Source: Botryllus schlosseri
Taxonomy: Eukaryota
Direction: 5' to 3'
Length of the DNA stretch: 64,000 nucleotides
NCBI GenBank assembly: GCA_051294905.1
Contig: CM119372.1
Location: forward strand, 25,484,001 to 25,548,000
Part shown: piece by piece, positions 31,887 to 42,171 of the stretch
Layout of the letters: each line of letters starts with the position of its first letter
Numbering within the stretch: the stretch's first letter is position 1
Notes under the pieces: generated by a model
What the model saw: only the letters and a program-made list of their open reading frames with translations
What the model was told of the DNA's origin: nothing
The model's database searches: none
Made by a program: the position numbers and the translations under genes

Positions 31887-34800
31887 TCATAGTTCCAAGG
31901 GTCTCGTATGAATACCATCTGATTCGACTATTCGCTTACAGTAGAAGTGAGACAAGGCCGATCGAAATTGCTCATAGGTAAAAATGGAAGCATTTTTTCG
32001 CACAAATCCAGAATTAATATCCCCATGTGGTTTTTTCTCAAACAACACTTTCCGGTAGATGTCAGCAGTCAGTTTGTTTACTTTCGAGAGCCCTTTGCAT
32101 GAGTACTTATCCTCATTACAATAATAAGTCTTTGCGGACAGACCAACAAAAATATTCGATTGTGCCTCAATTTTGAAAAGACCACTGGTCCGTTGATCAT
32201 ATCGATTACGAGCTTTACAACAGGCACGTTTATCATTGAACGAGAGAGGATTGGCCAAAAATTCATCACGGTGCTCGTCACAGGCGATTGCTGGAAAATA
32301 TTTGTGAAAATTTTCAAAAAATTCTGCTTGTTTTTCGGGTCGTACAACTTTTAGCAGGCTGTCAGAGGAGATTGCGCCGTACCAGGAATCAGTGTCCGAA
32401 TATGCTAGTGCGATGGACCGTGGCAGGAGGTAGGTGGACAGATACGAATGGAACCGTAATAAGGCCAATTTCGCATACCCATACACAAAGTACCCAATGT
32501 GGTTAGGTTGGTTCCAAACATGTTTTCTCAATTTCATGGACACCTCAAAAATATCTGGTGACAACTCAATCATTGATTTAAATCTGGAGTCATTTACCAA
32601 GACCATAGCTTTTTGGCGGTTAACAATCTTGACATCAGAATATTTTGTACAATTCGAGATAGTTTTACCTATACAGGAATTTGCAATGTCTTTATAGAAC
32701 TGCCCCAGTGGCTTCTGGGACGGGTCATCGTCAGCCCGTCTTCTAGCCTCGGTTATCGTATCTACAAGAGAATTGAAACATTCAATGGGTTCAAACTCGA
32801 TAGCTTGAAATACCTTAGTAACGATTAACCCGTTCTCGAGATACCACTTCAATAGTGGTGTTATTAACAATGTTTTTGTGGCCTGCAGAGTAGCGATCAA
32901 GAATTTCCGTGGCCGTTTCAAAAAACCATGTTGTTCAGCAAATGCTTTCATGTACGGGCCTATATCATCACGACTTACGTAAGCATGTTTGAACAGGGGA
33001 CAGAACTCACTAAAATGCTCCTTGAGGTGACTAGGCACATGAATATCGACCTCAACGGCCCCAAAAAATTGATCTTTTGACACCAACTCTAAGAGTTTCG
33101 AACTTGAAAGGACCCGACATTTCACCATTTTACTGGATTCGAGAGTTTGAATAAAGGCAGCTATATCACTTCGTTGGCGCATAATGACCCATTGACATTC
33201 TGTGATGTACTCCAATTTATACCCCACTTTTTGAATATACTGGATTTTACGCTGCGTCGCGGCCCAGCGGGCTTGACGATCCGGGCTGGCTCCCAACTCG
33301 CAGCCGTGACCGTGGTGAAAACATCCAAACAGCTCAAGTGCAACAGGCCCTTGTGGGGTCCTATAATACCCATCAATACAAATCTGGAGCAGGCCGATAC
33401 GATGCTCAGGACCATTGAATTGATGTTGGATTTTGACCCCCCGACAGTGCGCAATGTAGCTTAGCCATTGGTGAGCCATTTTTCCATAGAGCGGTGCCGT
33501 TTTTGTCCTGGAGAATAGAGTAAAATCTTCATTAGGTGACCACAGACAAGGATAGCCCCCCGGTAATCGTGAACGAAGAGTATCCAAATAGAGACAGTTG
33601 GCGTCGACCCCTAGCACCTGTTCTACAGGTAGAGCGTTATCACCATAGATTTGGGGTTTGATTTTTGTGACTTTAGCCTCTGCATATCGCAATGAAACAA
33701 CAGAAAGCCCGCCACGTAGATTTTCCCGTATCAAGGTGTGTATATGGCTATACTTTTGATTCAACAAGGTAAATACAGGTGGTATGCTATTAAACATAAA
33801 CCGTGATGCCAGAGACGGCAATGATATACCGTCTTTACTCATGTCAATTGAGTAACGAGCAAAGAGTTGCTTGTGCTTTGTGAGGGCCTCCAGTAACGGC
33901 CCGACATCTAAACTGACATAGAAAGATAGATAGTCACGAAAAGTAGTCATTTTATGTTCTGCCCACTTTGATTGACACCAAAGATATTGCTCATCTGTTA
34001 TATTAGACCGTTTCAGTTTGTTATAGAAATGTATGTGGTCTGGGAGAGATTTTTCATCCAATACCGATAAATCAGTGAAATAGTTATACGGAAAAAAGGC
34101 CTTCGTTGAAGCACAGTTATGACAACGTGTGTACGCATCATAACTTGTACCGGCGCCAAGATACAAGGTCACATCCAAAAATCGAAATCGATTAGTCGAC
34201 AAGGACATATACGACGTACCCCTCTTAACAATACTGATAGGGTCTGATAAGTACTCCACCAGATATGGGATAATCAAAGGTATATCATAGCGAGACCCAT
34301 TGAAAGAGAATACAGGTAATTGACTCAAATAATTCAAAAAACGATGTTTCAATAAGGTTGCCGGGCTCATACGCTTGACATCCGGCTCAGCGGTATGCAT
34401 TTCTTGAGCAATACAATCTAATCGCTCCAACACGTCATGAAATTGTTGACATAATGACTCAAAACAATCACTTTGGATCAATTCAAAACGTGACATCATT
34501 CTAGCAACCAGCGCCCCAGGGTCGCCATCACTAATCAGTACTTCTGGGGTCTCGTACCCTGGGTAATTACATGCGAAGGCCACCGCGGCCGGGATATGAT
34601 GATCTACATAGTGCACATTAGCAGTGTCGTTTGGGGTCGAGCCTTTTTGTAATATACTCTCATAGTCAAAAACCAAGTTATACGGGTAGAAACGAGATGG
34701 TTTGGGCACGATTATACCCAACTCGTCCAACGCTTCAAATATAGTAGGCTCAGGCTTGAACATACCCCCACGGTAGTGGTTAGGAATGCCTTTAAAACAA

Positions 34801-35765
34801 TTATGACGTTTGAGATAATATTTTGAACTGAACAGGCGATGACAGGTCTCACAGCTATAATTCTTACAATATAAGTTCAAATTTTTAATATAACATGAAT
34901 GTCTTCCTCCCTCTAAATGAACGTGAATTTTCAACCCCTCCCGAGCACCGTGCCGTAGTATATAACCGACCCCATCTTTCAATGTATATACACAGATGGA
35001 TACTTTAAGACATGACTCGACTTTATCTAGGTCGTTCATACACACACCAGAATCAGGGTCCCCATATAAAGCGGAATATTGTGCCACCAGAGAGAGTGTT
35101 TTAGATTGTAAGTCATCACCACGATAATTACCACCACAAAGCATAACAGCGACACAGCGAAATATACAATAATGATCGTCATAGGGTACACCATGTCGAT
35201 TTTTCATTAAATCCAAAACACTATGTGAATTCACAATAGACTTTGGGATTTCGATTGTACTACACCCAATTAATCTGAAGTCAGATTTGTACACGTAAAA
35301 GGTCACGTTTGTGACCGCCAAGACCGCAAATTTAGTATCGTCTCTTTGAAAGCGAGCACTCTCGAAGCCCGCGTCCAGGTCTATATCGCTTACAAATTGG
35401 TCAAAGTCACTACGATTGGCAATCATTTTAGGTGTATCCAACATAACACCAGCGTTCTCGGACGCATGATAGTATCTCAATTCGCTTGTCTCAACATTAT
35501 CAAGTATGTGGGCAAAGGCGTAATTGATTCTAAAACCATACTGCTGTGAGACGAAGATGTCCTGTAGATCGTTGATGACGTCACTGGGGTTGCGGCCGAG
35601 TATACGGAAATTGTGTAGGCTGCGTATACTGTGCGGTGCGAGTGTTGAGCTGCGAATGGAGTGCCAGTTTTCTTCCACGATCTCGATCAGATTTTCAGGT
35701 ATACCCAAGCTGCTTGGTTGTGCGAAATCAGACACAATTCTAACAAGGTGTCGTCGCCTAGACAT
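31887..35765 (-). CDS. Protein-primed family B DNA polymerase (pPolB) with N-terminal TP/OTU-like and Zn-finger regions and an inserted nuclease-like domain
   Basis: Exo motifs VFDYES, FNGSRYD and YVSLDV. Pol motifs GVDANCLY, KDIANSCIGK, YSDTDS and GLFKIE..AKTY. It is 1292 aa from MSRRRH (35765), which follows a tttccag acceptor. Confidence 0.96.
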   Translation of the reverse strand: MSRRRHLVRIVSDFAQPSSLGIPENLIEIVEENWHSIRSSTLAPHSIRSLHNFRILGRNPSDVINDLQDIFVSQQYGFRINYAFAHILDNVETSELRYYHASENAGVMLDTPKMIANRSDFDQFVSDIDLDAGFESARFQRDDTKFAVLAVTNVTFYVYKSDFRLIGCSTIEIPKSIVNSHSVLDLMKNRHGVPYDDHYCIFRCVAVMLCGGNYRGDDLQSKTLSLVAQYSALYGDPDSGVCMNDLDKVESCLKVSICVYTLKDGVGYILRHGAREGLKIHVHLEGGRHSCYIKNLNLYCKNYSCETCHRLFSSKYYLKRHNCFKGIPNHYRGGMFKPEPTIFEALDELGIIVPKPSRFYPYNLVFDYESILQKGSTPNDTANVHYVDHHIPAAVAFACNYPGYETPEVLISDGDPGALVARMMSRFELIQSDCFESLCQQFHDVLERLDCIAQEMHTAEPDVKRMSPATLLKHRFLNYLSQLPVFSFNGSRYDIPLIIPYLVEYLSDPISIVKRGTSYMSLSTNRFRFLDVTLYLGAGTSYDAYTRCHNCASTKAFFPYNYFTDLSVLDEKSLPDHIHFYNKLKRSNITDEQYLWCQSKWAEHKMTTFRDYLSFYVSLDVGPLLEALTKHKQLFARYSIDMSKDGISLPSLASRFMFNSIPPVFTLLNQKYSHIHTLIRENLRGGLSVVSLRYAEAKVTKIKPQIYGDNALPVEQVLGVDANCLYLDTLRSRLPGGYPCLWSPNEDFTLFSRTKTAPLYGKMAHQWLSYIAHCRGVKIQHQFNGPEHRIGLLQICIDGYYRTPQGPVALELFGCFHHGHGCELGASPDRQARWAATQRKIQYIQKVGYKLEYITECQWVIMRQRSDIAAFIQTLESSKMVKCRVLSSSKLLELVSKDQFFGAVEVDIHVPSHLKEHFSEFCPLFKHAYVSRDDIGPYMKAFAEQHGFLKRPRKFLIATLQATKTLLITPLLKWYLENGLIVTKVFQAIEFEPIECFNSLVDTITEARRRADDDPSQKPLGQFYKDIANSCIGKTISNCTKYSDVKIVNRQKAMVLVNDSRFKSMIELSPDIFEVSMKLRKHVWNQPNHIGYFVYGYAKLALLRFHSYLSTYLLPRSIALAYSDTDSWYGAISSDSLLKVVRPEKQAEFFENFHKYFPAIACDEHRDEFLANPLSFNDKRACCKARNRYDQRTSGLFKIEAQSNIFVGLSAKTYYCNEDKYSCKGLSKVNKLTADIYRKVLFEKKPHGDINSGFVRKNASIFTYEQFRSALSHFYCKRIVESDGIHTRPLEL

Positions 35766-35875
35766 TCTGGAAACAAAAAACACAGAATCAATAACAGCTA
35801 GCACAAAACACACATTAATACATATGATATTACAGCATAAGCATGCAATAAAAACATGATAGCACACCAAAACAG

Positions 35876-36355
35876 TTACACATTCGTATAAAATTTCATG
35901 GTGGCTCTGGCAGCTGACATCTCTTTGAGAAAGGCAACTTTCGCACGCATGATGCGTTCCAAGGGTAATTGCATACGCAAATCCTGCCCGTTCGACTGAG
36001 ATAGTATTTGCGAAATTTCTTGCTCTATCCGGTTATAATCTTGAGTGAATGTTTCATGAGAAGGAAAACTAGATCTCGAAAGTATATCATCCACTTCCCC
36101 CAAAATAGTGAACATCGCTTCCGATGGGGCGATTGAGATAGCCTCAACAATGGTCGCCTTGAGGTGCTCCATCATTCGTCTACTGTATTTACCAAACCTC
36201 TCACCCCCAGGTCTACGTCTGGATGGGAATACAGGAGGTTGGGCTGGATTTTCTACATTTTCTGGAATATCATTTGCAGGGCTAATCGCATCGAGCAGGT
36301 CTACCGGATAACCACCTTCCATCAATTCTGGTATCCCGTTATCAGCCATAGTCAT
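35876..36355 (-). CDS. Helical ORF (159 aa), possible 5' exon of pPolB or a separate protein
   Basis: Open frame from ATG 36355. The donor GT|gtaact at 35880/35879 joins in frame to the pPolB acceptor at 35766. Confidence 0.55.
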   Translation of the reverse strand: MTMADNGIPELMEGGYPVDLLDAISPANDIPENVENPAQPPVFPSRRRPGGERFGKYSRRMMEHLKATIVEAISIAPSEAMFTILGEVDDILSRSSFPSHETFTQDYNRIEQEISQILSQSNGQDLRMQLPLERIMRAKVAFLKEMSAARATMKFYTNV

Positions 36356-36380
36356 GAGCAAAGATTTGTGATTGTAAGCT

Positions 36381-36750
36381 CAATTTACACTTACTTATAG
36401 ACACTGTAGCCACATGACAAGCAGAAGAAGGGACTCAACACAGTTTAACAGTGCCAGCAAAACGCGGGAAGGAATTTTATGACCCTCCACTCGCCTTTTC
36501 CCCCAACCATTTGAATATACATACAAGCCTCTTTTTTCTCTCGTGTCATACTCGCATACCCAATTTACACTTACTTATCGACACTGTGAGCCACATGACA
36601 ATTGGAAGAAAGTACTTAAAACAGGTAAACAGAGCCGGCAAAATTCGGCAAGAAATTTTATGACACTCTACTTGGCTACCACCCTTTTTTCTCCAAAGCA
36701 TTTGAATATAAATACAAGACTCTTTTTCTCTAGTGACATACTTACAGGCA
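36381..36750. promoter_or_regulatory. Bidirectional promoter region made of two ~180-190-bp tandem units
   Basis: CAATTTACACTTACTTAT..ACACTGT..GCCACATGACAA occurs at 36381 and 36561, and CATTTGAATATA.ATACAAG.CTCTTTTT occurs twice. The region lies between the divergent pPolB and OB-fold genes. Confidence 0.6.
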
Positions 36751-36760
36751 TAATTACATC

Positions 36761-37468
36761 ATGGCATGTAAATACAACCCGTACGAAAATACTGCAACGA
36801 AGCGCAAGCTAGATATTGACTTGAAACGGGCTGCCCCATCTCATATTCCAAATTTCGACAATGCCACCAGTTTCTATGGCACGCAAGTCAGCTTCGACGG
36901 GCGTGTGCAATTGGCGTCGACCAGACGACATGGACCCAAGATGACTTATATGAAAGTCTTGATCACAGATGGTAAAAAATCTCTACCAGGGGTGATATTC
37001 AATGACAAATTACTGGACTGCATCGAAACTGCATACAGACAAGGTCATACTATGACATTCTGTAACATCAAGATCACTGCTGACGCAAGAACTGATGCCC
37101 CGTCATTAATCATTGGTCACAATTCTACTGCTACGAAGAGCAAAGCACGCTTACCCTGTCCAGAGATGGTTGAATTCCGGTACGTGTCCGCAGAAGATAT
37201 CCAAAAAGGCTTGTACGATGACAAGATTGTTAATTACAGAGGTCTCTGTATTGCCACGGATTCTGAATCCATTGGCACAAACTCGGAGAGACAGCTACAT
37301 TCATATGCACTAGTGAATGGTGACATTTCTGTTGATCTGAAAAATTGGGGTATTATACCGTTATTCACTGCTGACAAATACTATGATGTCACCCATCTAC
37401 GTGTACAAGTCCGATCTGGCAAACGTGAGCTGTTCTTACAAGACTATTCGCGTATTTGTAAAGAGTGA
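36761..37468 (+). CDS. Putative tandem OB-fold (RPA/SSB-like) ssDNA-binding protein, 235 aa
   Basis: Two beta-rich repeats with an OB-like pattern: VLITDGKKSLPGVIFND...TFCNIKI...LIIGHNS and VNYRGLC...ALVNGDISVDLKNWG...YDVTHLRV...LFLQDYSRI. AATAAA follows at 37485-37490. The fold call is by eye. Confidence 0.65.
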   Translation: MACKYNPYENTATKRKLDIDLKRAAPSHIPNFDNATSFYGTQVSFDGRVQLASTRRHGPKMTYMKVLITDGKKSLPGVIFNDKLLDCIETAYRQGHTMTFCNIKITADARTDAPSLIIGHNSTATKSKARLPCPEMVEFRYVSAEDIQKGLYDDKIVNYRGLCIATDSESIGTNSERQLHSYALVNGDISVDLKNWGIIPLFTADKYYDVTHLRVQVRSGKRELFLQDYSRICKE

Positions 37469-38637
37469 ACTGTTTCATGTATGAAATAAAAGAAACATGT
37501 GATTATTTTGTTTACACTATCAGAGATTAGGGTTGGTAAACTTTCTAACCTGCCAGAATACATCATCTTTCAATATCATACTACTAGCTATCGTCTCGAT
37601 TCGGCAATCTCACACGAGCGGTATGGAAAAGAGGTTATCAGATTGTAAAACCGCGTGTTTGTGAGAGCACTATACGGAGTGATAATTAAAACAGAGCGGG
37701 ACAGTACCACAGTACATTAACAGGGGGGAAAATCGGCGTGATACTTAATCAATACTCAACTCTCGCTTCCAGTATAGTGACCAAGCGACGGCCGAGACCA
37801 ATGTCCAACGTTTTCGAACAAAGAGAATAATTCCTCGACCCAGCGGGGTGTATTGCAGGACAAAGGCGCTGTGCATGTCTACGAGGCGACATGACTGATT
37901 TCGAAAGCGAGATTGTCGCTCCTCGGCACAGCAGGGTGGATCACAAAACAAAAGGCGCTATGCAGTCTACGCGGCCGCATGTCTATTTTCGAAAGCGAGA
38001 TTGATCATCGTTAAATGGGTCTTGGACAAAAGCAACGATAGCAGCGCGTCGTATAATACCCGAGCTGAGTAGTTATAGTATACTATAAACCTGATCCTCA
38101 CACCACCGACGAGCCGTAACCACAATTCTAATACCGCGACAATCCATACACAATTATACACCATACCGAGAGCTTTCAAGGTATCTGTCGGCGGGCTTCG
38201 ATCGATTGTCGACACGTGATCCGTGCTCTGTGACCCGTAACAATAGCGGGGTTTATTTACATGGATATTCTTTCCTGTCCTCGAGAACTCGAGTTGACAC
38301 GTATATTTATAGACATAACAGATCATTTCTCCCGTTACATCTTCGATCAATAACAAAGTAGAGTACGATTCCAGTATGACACAGCCCGTAGGCGTCACTC
38401 TGCACAGACAAACGTAAGTAATCGATACTCCACTTTGGCGTATCATCTGGCCGGACGCGCGTTGACAATCCACCTAAAACACGAGCCGGGATCTCACACT
38501 CGGACCCGAAGGAACAAATACTATACTGTTGTTGTTCACGGGGAGATATAAAAATTATTAGTAAGTGTATACCAATGAAATTAAAAGACAATCCATTGAT
38601 GTTCGTGGGAAAATGTAATAAATACTATCAAATACAT

Positions 38638-38930
38638 AATACACAAGTCTCGTGTCCAGAAGTCAGGCGAGGTAGAATCAGGAGTGGAAAAGTACAAGTA
38701 GAAGTACTCAAGTCTCATGTCTGAGTACAAAGGTCAATCCAGATTCTTTGTTCGTTTTCTCTCTAATTATTCCCCTTTTTTAATTGCCGCACAGTCAGAA
38801 GGGGAATCCCCTCGAGTATTGCTGCAGAATTGAGAATGAGCTAATTCTTTCACTATCTTTCATATTCATAATTCTTGTTTGTTTAAGTTAAATCGTGATT
38901 TGGCACATTCCGCCCATTTATCAAACTACT
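38638..38930 (-). repeat. Right terminal inverted repeat of the Polinton
   Basis: Reverse complement of 22506-22799. It ends ACTACT followed by TSD CAGATC. Confidence 0.97.
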
Positions 38931-38946
38931 CAGATCATAAGAAATA

Positions 38947-41331
38947 ACACTGGTCAACGCATATTTTTAGGCAGACAAAGTAAGAGTGGTTTTGGGGGTT
39001 CCGAAGGGCATAATTCCGAATATGACCTTCGTTTTTTTCAAATTGGCTCTATAATCCATGGATAATCCATGGGGCTATTTTGACTAAAATCTCATATTTT
39101 CGATGTATATGTATGGGATAGATAAAAAATCGGCTCAGTCGTACTAAAAAGTTCAGAAATTCAATCTGCTTGTTATTTTAACACGCTCAAGACTGTTTTA
39201 AATCAAAATACATCAACAGAATTATATTTCGGGGTATTAGATTCATCATAATTGGAGACTTTCACTGATATCATGTACATAAATAAACAAAAATTATTTA
39301 CCTAAATACTCAAATAACGTTGCATTAATTGAATCAGTTTTATGTCAACCACCTATTTTAAATTCAAAATAATCAGTTGGAATTAATAACTTATCTTAAA
39401 GCAAAATTGGTTATTGTGCTATTTTCGGTTGTAAGCAATTTAGCGCAGTTTTTCGAAAGGTTCCAGCAATAGTCTACCATAATACGTTCGTTGCATCTGC
39501 ACTGATATCTTTCTTTTGTTGTTTTGATGTTTTGGTGGAACCTTTCCCCTTTCTATTCCCTCTAATCAACAATATTATCAGAAAATATATCAAGATGACT
39601 GAACAGGAAGTGAGTTTTAATGCTCATGTTTGCTCCAATGTTTCCATATGCAGATGCCAATTATCGGACCAACTGTTTGTAGTTAGGCGCTTTGTGATCT
39701 TCCAAAAAGTTTTCTTTACTACATAGGGTTACCATATACGTCCTCTTTTAAGAGGATTTGTCCTCTTTTTTGACTTTTTTGAAAGTGTCCTTGGAGGACG
39801 CCCTTTTGTCCTCTTTTTTGAGATTTTGTCCTTTTTTTGATAATTTTGGTCATATTTATAGCAAAATCCAACTGAGATGCCGTAAATCAGCACCGAAGTG
39901 ACGCTCCGGCGGGTATTCCGGGAGCTGAGCGGAAAGTTGACCTTTGTTTTTAGTCAACCACCCGACAATGTGAAGGGGAAAACTGTATTGTGGGCACCGA
40001 GCCATGATCACCTTTTTTTTAGTCAACCAACCACGAAGTGGGTAAAATTTACAATTTTTTGAGGAGTCTCTTTCGGTTATGCAAGTCTGAAAATTCTGAT
40101 AGTGTCCTCTTTTTAGATTTCCAAAATATGGTAACTCTATTACTACATCCTAGAAGGGATTCCATACAGTGAGCACCTTTCTTGATATGAAATTGTAATC
40201 CTTAGTCCGTATTCGAATCTAAGATCCCTCAAAGATTCCAGATTTAAGCTTCTCGTTTGATATGGTCAATGAAATGCGGTCAATGTCCCTCAAATTTCAG
40301 CGACTACTTTATCTCCGAGTCAAAAGCGCACAAGTACAGCTCACGCGCGTCAACGAAGAACAAATATGATCAGGCCGGAATACAAAAAAACGCATTGCTC
40401 TATCAAGTATGCCGGACCCCAATTGTGGAACAGCATCTCGCCGGCTATCCGACAGTCGTCGAGAATGTCCGCATTCAGGTCGAAATACAAGCAATTTCTT
40501 CTAAATGAATACTAGCCATCAGACTTCAGGATTAGAGAACCACGACCTAATATCGACCTCGCCCTCCGCCACATGCCATCTCATTTTGTCGCTTGCATCT
40601 TATATTCTCTGCATTATTTTTCATTATGTGTGCATGCCTCTTCTTTACTTCGCCTAGGCTAAGATGGGTGTCTGATCTTAGAGGCTACTCCAAGTTGTTT
40701 CGACACCTTCCTATCTTTTCATTGTATCGCAGTCTTGTGATGTTTCGAAATGATGAAAATATTAATAAACTGATTGATTGATTGATGGATGGATACTATA
40801 GGTACACCCACTTTGTTGACTTTACGGAAAATTATGCATTTACAAGTGAAAAGAGATGAGAAACATATGAGTATTTTAGTTAAGCTTTCCATGGAAAACC
40901 TTGATAGCTTTATACTCCTCTTTCATCTTGGTAAAATAACCAATGGGTACAGGAGAAAATATATACTTCCATTGTGCAAAAGTACAATTTTTAGGCTTGA
41001 CTAACTGCTTTTTTAACAAACAACGTTCTCGCATCAGGTCATATAAATATTGATGGAATAACTGACGAGGACGACATGAGTGTTCGTCATAGTCAATTAT
41101 CTATTTATGCGCAGTATAAAAGTATAAAAGTCTAAGATTACTTCCTACCAAGTGAAATATTCCAGGGTAAATACCGTGATTTTAAGCTTTTTAGGGGTAT
41201 AAATGTCTTCATTTCTAGAGCCAATATGGCAAAACTAATGTGATATTCGTAATCAGCAACCTCGAAAACACCGGAAACGGCTCTCAGATGTTCTGCCCAA
41301 AAAAAAAATTTTCTCATTTTGTAGGCCAGTG
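38947..41331. mobile_element. Degenerate TIR DNA transposon (superfamily uncertain)
   Basis: Imperfect inverted ends ACACTGGTC..TTTTTAGGCAGA / TCTGCCCAAAAA..GGCCAGTGT. It contains a MITE and a LINE tail. Confidence 0.4.
39724..40139. mobile_element. hAT-like MITE (TAGGGTTACCAT TIR, GTCCTC repeats)
   Basis: Perfect TSD TTACTACA. Family copies at 51675-51994 and 55385-55724. Confidence 0.85.
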
Positions 41332-41676
41332 TAATATTTGACAAAAATTGCATTTTCGGTGAAATGAGATATATAGTCAGGGTTGCCATCGACATGGACT
41401 TAAAAATAAGGACAGTTGAAAAATTAGATTAGGCTGCCAATAAAAGCGATTTTGCATATACTTTGTATTAATACTAGCCGTAGCATATCACATTACATAC
41501 TTTTCGCAAGAAACAACCTGTTCCTGCAACTCCTTGTTATTAGAAAGTGCTTTATGGATCTCACGACAGCTCAGGTCTAGGTATACTATTACTCAAGGCC
41601 GAAACAGCACTTCGTCAGCCCCTCCAAAAAAACACGCTGGTCCGGGGCCCTCTATAGGGTGATAAACCAAAATTCT

Positions 41677-42171
41677 TCACCTCGTTCTGATTGGAGGCGT
41701 CAACCAAGATGGAAAAAGTTTAGACAAAATCATTTTTGAGCGTATGGAGCAATAACTCCAGTAGCAATGCTTGTAGTCTTGGTCCTGACCGAAGCAGACT
41801 TCCTTGCGATGTTGGAATCGGTGAATACCGCTTTGAACAATTGCGATGTGCAATCGTTGTAGAGGAGTGATTGCTGGTGTTTGACAGTATGGAATGCTCA
41901 GGTTCCCGCAGCAGCAGCTGCCTAGTAGTCTATGCTGGTCGTTGGTGTTGATCGACTTCATTGACTGGCTCGAGACAATCATTATGACACACTTCTTGTG
42001 TTTTGGGGTATCAATGTGAGTTGAAATAGCGGTCTTTCCTATGGCCTCCAGGTTAATGTCACAATTGCAGGGATTGCAATGTGCGAAACACTCGCCCTTC
42101 ATTAAGCTTCCATTGATATCTTCGAATTCTCGCTCATAATCGTCACGAAAAACGTTTTTATGCCTATTCAT
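41677..42171 (-). pseudogene. hAT transposase N-terminal remnant (BED-like zinc finger)
   Basis: AHCNPCNCDINLEAIGKTAISTHIDTPKHKK fits a CxxC...H....H pattern. The frame is shifted downstream. Confidence 0.6.

Larger units (their letters stand above)
22506..38930 (-). mobile_element. Polinton/Maverick (endogenous polintovirus/adintovirus), full length, 16,425 bp
   Basis: Termini 5'-AGTAGT...ACTACT-3' and a perfect 6-bp TSD CAGATC (22500-22505, 38931-38936). It has long TIRs and open ORFs for pPolB, integrase, ATPase, protease, MCP and mCP. Confidence 0.98.

Noticed and set aside
23825..35859. Plus-strand ORFs antisense to Polinton genes
   Set aside because: They are shadow frames of long coding genes with no recognisable motifs.
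35766..35870. ORF-track pPolB N-terminus MVCYHVF... (non-ATG start)
   Set aside because: The sequence is T-rich and intron-like, ends in a tttccag acceptor, and has no ATG start.
37745..38591. Minus-strand ORFs of 68, 168 and 94 aa near the right TIR
   Set aside because: They have non-ATG starts and no motifs, and partly overlap the inner inverted repeat. A spliced gene here cannot be excluded.
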